In this document: positions 8,101-14,967 of the stretch, one piece after another
Numbering within the stretch: the stretch's first letter is position 1
How the letters are laid out: each line of letters starts with the position of its first letter
Source of the DNA: Acidobacteriota bacterium
GTDB lineage: Bacteria > Acidobacteriota > Thermoanaerobaculia > Multivoradales > JAHEKO01
Length of the DNA: 64,000 bases
Assembly: GCA_030597375.1 (NCBI GenBank)
Contig: JAUVRX010000001.1
Location: forward strand, 54,818-118,817
Direction of reading: 5' to 3'
The notes under the pieces: generated by a model
The model's input: only the letters and a program-made list of their open reading frames with translations
What the model was told of the DNA's origin: nothing
Database searches by the model: none
Made by a program: the position numbers and the translations under genes

Positions 8101-9335
8101 GATTCGCCCCCCGTCGCTTCCCCGTCGGCCATCAAACCGAGTTGGTTGGCCTGTTTGACGAGACGCAGGGCCTGTTTGACCACGGGTGGGTCGATCATCT
8201 TCGACCCCAGGCTGACCACGCTCAAGCCCTTCGCCTCCGCCTCCTCGAAGGCGGCAACGATTCTCAGAGCCTTGTCGATCTCCGCACGGGTAGGCCGATA
8301 GGCCTCATGGATCACGGCGATCTGCCTCGGATGCAGGCAGCCCATCCCCTGGAAACCTAGTGCCCGGGAGCTCATACCCCAACGACTCAGCCCTTCCATG
8401 TCATCGACGTTGCCGAAAACCGAGTCGATGGCCTGCAAGCCCGATGCACGAGCCGCGTTGACGACCCGGGTTCGGGCATAGAAGGATTCCTCGCCCTCGG
8501 CCGATTTCGGCACTCCGAGATCAGCAGCGTAGTCCTCCAGACCCAGGGTCAGGGCCACAATCCTGGGACTCGCCCTGCCGATCTCGAAGGCGTTCTCGAT
8601 TCCCAGAGCGGATTCCAGGATTGGCATCAGCCACAGATCCCGTTCTATTTCCGACTCTGCCAGCGCCCTGGAGATCGCCTCGTCGACCTCGCGAACCTGC
8701 TCCGGCGTCTCCACCTTCGGAATGAGAATCAGGTCGGGCGCCTGGGGGACGATCTCCTCGAGGTCCTCGAGGCCCAGGGGGAGTTGGTTGATCCGGACCA
8801 TGCGTTCCGCACCCGCGAAATCGACGGCCCTCAGGGCATTGCGGACCACCAATCGCGCCGCATCCTTGTGGTCTGGCGACACCGAGTCCTCGAGATCCAG
8901 GATGATGGCATCGGGCCGATGCAGACCGGCGTTGATGAAGAACTTCGGTTCGTTCCCTGGCAGGTAGAGACGGGAACGCCGCAAGCGGCCCGCCGAGGTC
9001 GCACGTGGAGGCACGTCGATCGCCTCCGGCAACCACCGATTTTTCGGCGCCCATCCCGCCCGACGCACGGCCGCCTCCAGTCTCGCACCGATCACGAAAG
9101 GCAGAGCGCCTGCATCCTCGATGGTGACGATGGCACCGCGAACGCCCAGCTCGCTCAGTACCTCCTTGACCTGCTGCCGAATCGCGTCGCCGAAGTAGGC
9201 CTCCACCCGTGAGCTCAGCTTCACCTCGATCTGCTCTGCATCCAACCCTTCGATGGCAACAAACAGATCTGAGCGGACATCCTGACCCCGTCGACCTGCG
9301 ACACCCCTCCGATCTCTGTTCACGGCACCGCTCAT
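8097..9335 (-). CDS. citE: citrate lyase gamma (acyl-carrier) and beta (citryl-CoA lyase) fusion protein, CitD-CitE
   Basis: ORF 8097..9398 trimmed to MSGAVNRDRRGVAG (RBS gagggag). About the first 100 aa align with CitD (GVAG..RSDLFVAIEGLD...ALPFVIGARLEAAVRRAG). The remaining ~300 aa are CitE/HpcH-aldolase family (RSRLYLPGNEPKFF...LDLEDSV...). The start is less certain; Met13 and Met1 are alternatives. Confidence 0.8.
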   Translation of the reverse strand: MSGAVNRDRRGVAGRRGQDVRSDLFVAIEGLDAEQIEVKLSSRVEAYFGDAIRQQVKEVLSELGVRGAIVTIEDAGALPFVIGARLEAAVRRAGWAPKNRWLPEAIDVPPRATSAGRLRRSRLYLPGNEPKFFINAGLHRPDAIILDLEDSVSPDHKDAARLVVRNALRAVDFAGAERMVRINQLPLGLEDLEEIVPQAPDLILIPKVETPEQVREVDEAISRALAESEIERDLWLMPILESALGIENAFEIGRASPRIVALTLGLEDYAADLGVPKSAEGEESFYARTRVVNAARASGLQAIDSVFGNVDDMEGLSRWGMSSRALGFQGMGCLHPRQIAVIHEAYRPTRAEIDKALRIVAAFEEAEAKGLSVVSLGSKMIDPPVVKQALRLVKQANQLGLMADGEATGGES

Positions 9336-9430
9336 TCCGAACTCCCTCACCGCCCGATTCATACCCGGGGCAGCAGTCAATCGTTGCGTCGAAACCAATC
9401 CGCCTGGCCTTCTCCGGTCTTCGCCCCGAA

Positions 9431-10615
9431 TCAGAGAGTGGCGATCACCGCGTCGGTCAGTTGAATCGTCGAGGCGGCTCCCTTCGAGATTACGTCGGCG
9501 CCGCCCGGTAGCATCCTCATGTCGTAGGCCCGAACCTTCCCGGCCTTGACGACTGCGGCAACGGCATCGCGGATCTGTCCCGCCTTCGCCGTCTCTCCGA
9601 TGTGGTCCAGCAACATTGCCGACGCCAAGAACATGGCGGTCGGGTTGACGATGGGTGGGTCGAGCTCGAAGTACTTGGGGGCCGAGCCGTGCGTCGGCTC
9701 GAACACCGCCACTTCTTCACCGATGTTGCCGGAGGCCGCGAAGCCGAGACCGCCGACCAGTCCGGCGAAGCCGTCGGAGACGATGTCGCCGAACAGATTG
9801 CCGGCGACGATGACACCGTAGTTCTCCGGATTCTTGGTGAGCCACATCATCTGGGCATCGATGTTGGTCGACCAGAGCTCGATGTCGGGGTAGTCGGCAT
9901 GGATCTTCTTGGCCTCCTCCTCCATCATCCCCGAGGTCTCGCGCAGCACATTGGGCTTCTCACAGACCGTCACCGACTTGTAACCGTGCTTGCGGGCATA
10001 TTCGAATCCGGCCGTGATTATCCGGCGGCAGGCCCCGCGGGTGAAAATCCGAGTGCTGATCGCCAGGTCCCCGGGAGGCGTATCGGCGAAAGCCTTGAAC
10101 TTGGAATGCTGGTTCAGGGCCTGGAGGACCTGCTCAGGAGGGTCGGTCCACTCGACACCGGCGTACATGCCCTCGGTATTCTGGCGAAAAATGACCGCGT
10201 CGACGGTCGGTTCCATGAACCCTCCATCTGCGGTTCGTCGAATGAAGTTGAGCGGATTGCCCGGAAACGAACGGCACGGCCGAATACAGATGTCGAGTCC
10301 GAAACGCTGTCGCATGGAGACGATGGGGCTGAAATACACGTAGCCCTTGTCCTGCAGCTCCGGCTTCAACTCAGCTGCGGCTTGCGGCTTTGGCTTCGAG
10401 GTAATCGCTCCGAACAGACCCAGCTTGTGCTGTTCCAGCAGCTCAACCGTCCTGTCCGGCAGGGCGTTGCCCTCGTTGATCCAGAACTCCCATCCGATTT
10501 CCCCCTGCACATAGTCGGCATCGAATCCGACAGCATCCAGGACGCGCAGCGCCTCCGGTAGAACGATCTTTCCGATGCCGTCACCCGGCATCACAACCAC
10601 GGTTGGTTTGGCCAT
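9431..10615 (-). CDS. isocitrate/isopropylmalate dehydrogenase family beta-decarboxylating dehydrogenase (Icd/LeuB/HICDH-like)
   Basis: 394 aa. The N-terminal VVVMPGDGIGKIV and the motif NLFGDIVSDGFAGLVGGLGFAASGNIG are both diagnostic of this family. Substrate cannot be assigned from sequence alone. Confidence 0.8.
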   Translation of the reverse strand: MAKPTVVVMPGDGIGKIVLPEALRVLDAVGFDADYVQGEIGWEFWINEGNALPDRTVELLEQHKLGLFGAITSKPKPQAAAELKPELQDKGYVYFSPIVSMRQRFGLDICIRPCRSFPGNPLNFIRRTADGGFMEPTVDAVIFRQNTEGMYAGVEWTDPPEQVLQALNQHSKFKAFADTPPGDLAISTRIFTRGACRRIITAGFEYARKHGYKSVTVCEKPNVLRETSGMMEEEAKKIHADYPDIELWSTNIDAQMMWLTKNPENYGVIVAGNLFGDIVSDGFAGLVGGLGFAASGNIGEEVAVFEPTHGSAPKYFELDPPIVNPTAMFLASAMLLDHIGETAKAGQIRDAVAAVVKAGKVRAYDMRMLPGGADVISKGAASTIQLTDAVIATL

Positions 10616-10635
10616 GTTCTTCCTCCGCTGACTTC

Positions 10636-10679
10636 CTATTCGGTTAGCGATGTCGTTCTATTCGGTTAGCGATGTCGTT
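10636..10679. repeat. perfect tandem direct repeat 2 x 22 bp (ctattcggttagcgatgtcgtt) in the acn-like/icd intergenic leader
   Basis: Read directly from the sequence. Two identical adjacent 22-mers lie about 20 nt upstream of the icd-like RBS (ggaggaag) on the transcribed strand. Confidence 0.6.
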
Positions 10680-10715
10680 GCATCGGTACCAGCTTGCCGG
10701 CTATCCAGGCCAGAC

Positions 10716-12665
10716 TCATCCGATGCCCAGCCGCTGGCGGACCTGATTCTCTACCCCACCCGCCACGACCAGAGCCTGTGGCACGGACCCGAGGGCCGGA
10801 AAACGAAAACTCTCTCCACCGAGACGGATCGCGCCGGAAGAGAAATCGACCTCGAGATCCTGTCCCGGAATGATGGTCTTGGCCTCGCTGTCCACATCTT
10901 CCGCCGTCAGCAGGCGTACACTCTGGACCAGCTCGGGGCACTGGATGCAGGTGAAGCCGTTGTTGAACGCGTTGCGCAGGTAGGTTTGCGAATAGCTGGC
11001 CGCGATGACCATGGCGATCCCCTTGGCCTGCAGAGACGTGACGGCCTGTTCGCGACTCGATCCGGTACCGAAGTTCCAACTCCCTACCAGAATGTCGCCG
11101 GCTTGCGCGACTCCAGCGAACTCGGGATCGTAGTTCTCGAAAACGACCTCCGCCATCATTGCGGGCGTCATGTCATCTCGGTAGGTGTAATCCTTGCCAT
11201 AGATTCCATCGGTATTCAGGTTGTCCTGCGGCAGGAAGACCAGCCGTCCACGAATCCGCTCCGGAAAACCTGGCAGGATCTCGACCTTCTCCTCCGGTTC
11301 AACTGTCGAGGGAAGGGATCGCAGATCGCTCGCCAGCCGTCGATCCGCGACGTCCCCAGGCCCGCAAATGTAGCCCGCTACCGCAGAAGCGGCGACGACC
11401 GCCGGACTCGCCAGGTAGCACTCGGCTTCGCGTGAGCCCATGCGGCCCTTGAAGTTGCGGTTGGTGGCGGAGATTCCGACCTCCCCCGCCTCGAGCAGAC
11501 CCGTACCCAGCCCGATGCAGGGACCACAGCCTGGCGGCAGAGGTATGGCGCCGGCATCCAGGAGCGTCCTCCAGGAGCCGTTGTCCTCACAGTCGCGCTG
11601 CACCTCCTTGCTGGCCGCGGCGACATACAACTCGACGCCATCGGCAACGCGTCTGCCCTTCAAGACAGCCGCCGCCTTGGCGATGTCCTCGGAGCGGGAG
11701 TTGACGCACGACACCAGATAGGCTTTCTGGACCTCGATCCTCTTGCTTTCGATCTCCCCCAGCGCCGTCGCCACCTGGACCGTGTCGGGACCGGAAACGT
11801 GGGGTGAGACCGAGCTCAGATCCAGATCTATGCGGGCGGCATAGGCCGCGTCCTCATCGCCCCACAACGGGTCCTCTTTCCACCCGGCCAGGTCCTCCTC
11901 GGTAACCCGCTCGACACCGCGAGCCAACAGGATCTCCCGGCGGCGTCGCAGGAACTCCAGGGTCGTTTCATCGACAGGGAACCAGCCTACCAGCGCTCCC
12001 CATTCGGTCGTCATGTTGGAGATCGCCAACCGCTCATCCATGCTGAGAGTGGCGACACCAGGGCCGATGAACTCCACCGCGGCGTTCAATACCTCGCCCT
12101 GGTTGTAGAGACCGCAGAGGGCCAGGATCACGTCCTTGCCCGACGCCCCTTCCGGCAGCTCACCCGTCAGCACGACCTGCACGCTACGGGGGATCTGCCA
12201 CCAGAACGTACCTGTTGCCCAGATGGCTGCCGCATCCGTGCGCACCACCGGCGTACCCACCGCTCCGACCCCACCGTACATGTTGGAGTGGGAGTCGGAA
12301 GCCACGACAAAGGACCCAGGCACCACATATTGCTGCTCGACCATGACCTGGTGACCGATGCCCGTACCGGCAGGATAGAACTCCACACCCTGCTGGCTGG
12401 CGAACTCCTCGATCGAGCGATACTTGGTCAGGTTGGCCTCCGAGGTGTTCTGGATGTCGTGATCCAGGATGAAGACCGGCTGTTTCGGATCGAGGACCTT
12501 GGGAGCGCCGATGGCCTGGAACTTCTGCATCACCGGCGAGGTGTTGTCGTGGGTCATCACATGGTGGGGGCGAATCGAAAGGAAATCCCCGGCGCGCAAG
12601 GGTCTTCCGGACGGACCCTCGGCCATGTGGCTCTGGGCGATTTTCTCGACGACGGTTTGTCCCAT
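10716..12665 (-). CDS. aconitase-family hydro-lyase, fused large (LeuC-like) and small (LeuD-like) subunit
   Basis: ORF 10716..12752 trimmed to MGQTVVEKIAQSHM (RBS aggaga). The N-terminal ~420 aa has large-subunit motifs (HDNTSP, ASDSHSNMYGGVGAVG, SCVNSRSEDI, three Fe-S ligand-cysteine regions). The C-terminal ~200 aa is a swivel small subunit (GDILVGSWNFGTGSSREQA). This domain order is LeuCD-, homoaconitase- or AcnX-type rather than AcnA/B. Confidence 0.8.
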   Translation of the reverse strand: MGQTVVEKIAQSHMAEGPSGRPLRAGDFLSIRPHHVMTHDNTSPVMQKFQAIGAPKVLDPKQPVFILDHDIQNTSEANLTKYRSIEEFASQQGVEFYPAGTGIGHQVMVEQQYVVPGSFVVASDSHSNMYGGVGAVGTPVVRTDAAAIWATGTFWWQIPRSVQVVLTGELPEGASGKDVILALCGLYNQGEVLNAAVEFIGPGVATLSMDERLAISNMTTEWGALVGWFPVDETTLEFLRRRREILLARGVERVTEEDLAGWKEDPLWGDEDAAYAARIDLDLSSVSPHVSGPDTVQVATALGEIESKRIEVQKAYLVSCVNSRSEDIAKAAAVLKGRRVADGVELYVAAASKEVQRDCEDNGSWRTLLDAGAIPLPPGCGPCIGLGTGLLEAGEVGISATNRNFKGRMGSREAECYLASPAVVAASAVAGYICGPGDVADRRLASDLRSLPSTVEPEEKVEILPGFPERIRGRLVFLPQDNLNTDGIYGKDYTYRDDMTPAMMAEVVFENYDPEFAGVAQAGDILVGSWNFGTGSSREQAVTSLQAKGIAMVIAASYSQTYLRNAFNNGFTCIQCPELVQSVRLLTAEDVDSEAKTIIPGQDLEVDFSSGAIRLGGESFRFPALGSVPQALVVAGGVENQVRQRLGIG

Positions 12666-12688
12666 GGGAGGATCTCCTGTGCTTACCT

Positions 12689-14065
12689 CTAGCCTCGAGC
12701 CTGCAACAGCAGCATCAATTCGGTGATCGACTCGAGACTCTCGAGATTCCATACGGTCTCTTTGACACGTTTGCCCATTTCTAGAGTCAATACACCCTCC
12801 GCCAGGGCATCGAACTTCTCTTCGATCTCCCGATCGGTGAGCGGATTCCTCGGATCGCCCTTGGGATAGTCGATCTGCTTGGTGAACTCTCGACCATCCG
12901 TTGTCACCACGGTCACGATGACTCTCTGCAGCTCCGGAAACAGCGCCTCGATCTCGGGGTCGGCCACCACTTCGACCTTGTTCAGCTGAGCCCGAATGGT
13001 GGGATCCATGATCTTCTCGTCGGTGAACTGCAACGGGGTGACCTGACGCTCAGCGACAGCCGCCGCGATCACATAGGGCAGGCTGTGATCCGCAGTCTCC
13101 TTGGACCGGGGATCGTACTTCGAGGGGTCGGCCAGAATGTCGGCCGCCCGCGCCAGGGACCGGATGCGGACCTTCTCCACCTGCTCGGGCGCCAGATCGT
13201 TCTCCTTGATCAGGTCCAACGTGCAGGAGATGGGAGCGTGAGTCAACGCTTCGGTGGGAAAAGCCTTCATCCCACACTGCGTGATGCGAAATCCGTCTCC
13301 AAGACCTTCTTCGAGCAGCTCCAGCTTCCACTCCGGACCCATACAGTGCACCAGGCCCTCCTTGCCGTCGATGACGTGCTCCGGCCCGGTGTAACCACGC
13401 TCGGCCAGCAGGGCAGCCAGCACGCCACTCTGGGTGGCCATCGGATCCACGGTGTTCTTCATCATGGTCAGCTTGCCAGCGGTGACCGCACCGAAGGTCC
13501 CCATCCGCGAGCCCGAGATGCCGATGGCGTGCTGCATCTGCTCCCAGTCGAGATCGAGCAGTCTGGCAGCCACGATCGGGGCGACGAACGCCGTCAGGGT
13601 CGCGTGATGCCAGCCCCGTTCACGGATGCCCGGGAAAGCGGCCTCGCAGAGCCGCATCTCGAATTCGTGCCCGAGCACGATGCCCAGGATCAGGTCCCGA
13701 CCACCCTTGCCGCTCCTCTCACCGCAAGCCATGGCGGCCGGGATGATGTCTGACGGATGGGAGGGGTCCTGCTTCCAGTAGATGTCGTTGTAGTCCATCA
13801 CGCGCACCATCAGGGCGTTGAGCAGCGATGCCGAAACCGCATCCATCTGCCTACCGGTACCGATGACGGTGGCGGGTCCCGAACCACCGTTCTCTTCCAG
13901 GACCTCGATAGCGATTTTGACGTCGTATTGCTGATATCCCCCCAGAGCACACCCGAGGGAATCGAGCAGGTAGCGTTTCGCTTCACGAATCGCATCGTCG
14001 GTCAATTGGTCGTACTGCAACTCGGTGGCCCAACGTGAGATTCGGGCAGTTATCGTCTCAGTCAC
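12689..14065 (-). CDS. MmgE/PrpD-family protein (2-methylcitrate dehydratase / cis-aconitate decarboxylase family)
   Basis: ORF 12689..14134 trimmed to the GTG start VTETITARISRW (RBS aggagga). The full-length PrpD family fold has N- and C-terminal domains (LLDSLGCALGG; MACGERSGKGGRD). Confidence 0.8.
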   Translation of the reverse strand: MTETITARISRWATELQYDQLTDDAIREAKRYLLDSLGCALGGYQQYDVKIAIEVLEENGGSGPATVIGTGRQMDAVSASLLNALMVRVMDYNDIYWKQDPSHPSDIIPAAMACGERSGKGGRDLILGIVLGHEFEMRLCEAAFPGIRERGWHHATLTAFVAPIVAARLLDLDWEQMQHAIGISGSRMGTFGAVTAGKLTMMKNTVDPMATQSGVLAALLAERGYTGPEHVIDGKEGLVHCMGPEWKLELLEEGLGDGFRITQCGMKAFPTEALTHAPISCTLDLIKENDLAPEQVEKVRIRSLARAADILADPSKYDPRSKETADHSLPYVIAAAVAERQVTPLQFTDEKIMDPTIRAQLNKVEVVADPEIEALFPELQRVIVTVVTTDGREFTKQIDYPKGDPRNPLTDREIEEKFDALAEGVLTLEMGKRVKETVWNLESLESITELMLLLQARG

Positions 14066-14168
14066 TTTCAAGTCCTCCGTCCTGGATTCGAGGAGATCGT
14101 TCCCTCGTGGTCGTCCTGGGCTCGGCTCAGACACCCGATCATAGGCGAGGGGCAGCCGAGGTCCCTTT

Positions 14169-14708
14169 TCATTTGAGGTTCTTGAAGGGCTCGTAGCTCA
14201 TGAAGTCGGCGTGGTGAACGATGTAGGCCTCGGTGCTGCGCTTCACCAGATCGCCCTCGGCCGCATGGGTGGCGATGATGTGACAGACGGAGTCCGGCAC
14301 TCCGCACTCCATGGCCACGTGCACCCCGGTGAAGGGGTGACGGAGCTTCTTGCCTCGGTCGCTCTGCACCGCTTTGCCATCGACCACCTCGTACTCGAGG
14401 AGCTTGCCGACGTCGGCCAGGATGGCACCGGCGATCACCACATCCGTATCGATGGGAAGAGCTCGACCCAGAAACTCGTCCATCGCCTCCGCCGATCTCC
14501 GAGCGATGTGCACTACGCACCGCTTGTGCTCCATGAAGGTCGCGGGGCAGTCTGGGATCAGAAGAGTGAACGGGATCTCTTCGAGGTCGCCGGGCTCCAG
14601 CGGGCTGTTCTCCAAAGCGCGGACCCAGGTCTCACGAACACTTGCGCGCAGTTCCTCGTCACCGATCCAAGCCAGCTCCGGCCACAACTTGTCTACCGCC
14701 TCACTCAT
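14169..14708 (-). CDS. HD-domain metal-dependent phosphohydrolase
   Basis: 179 aa with His-Asp motifs (HIARRS...H..D; IIATHAAEGD). It is divergent from the Lon-like gene. Confidence 0.7.
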   Translation of the reverse strand: MSEAVDKLWPELAWIGDEELRASVRETWVRALENSPLEPGDLEEIPFTLLIPDCPATFMEHKRCVVHIARRSAEAMDEFLGRALPIDTDVVIAGAILADVGKLLEYEVVDGKAVQSDRGKKLRHPFTGVHVAMECGVPDSVCHIIATHAAEGDLVKRSTEAYIVHHADFMSYEPFKNLK

Positions 14709-14967
14709 GCGATTATCCTCGATTCCGGTGGATTAGAAAGCCATGACTCTGTGACCACACGGGTAACAATATTGACCCTCCTGCCCGATGTCCAGTCCTC
14801 TTTCAAAAATCCTCGACATCTCCTCTCAGACCTGTCGTCACATCCGACGTAGGGTGCCCATTGAATGCCTGTCCAGCGCGCTGCGCGTTGCGTATACTGG
14901 AGTCGAAGCGATAGATTCTTCGCGGCACGCGGAGCGCTCGAGCGGCAACAGACGAGGGGGATGGATC

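Noticed and set aside
9602-10561. 319-aa plus-strand ORF antisense to the icd-like gene
   Set aside because: It is antisense to a strongly supported dehydrogenase and is a compositionally biased, GC-frame artefact. Similar antisense ORFs at 11159..11452, 13085..13753, 14211..14852, 15061..15996, 16555..17568, 18042..19139, 19926..21152, 38244..39182, 39195..40577, 42579..43634 and 45808..47139 were rejected for the same reason.
14788-14967. N-terminal 60 codons of the listed Lon-like ORF
   Set aside because: The translation (MSSPLSKILDISSQTCRHIRRRVP...) looks non-coding and overlaps the divergent promoter region. An in-frame GTG with a good RBS at 14968 begins the conserved Lon-like sequence.
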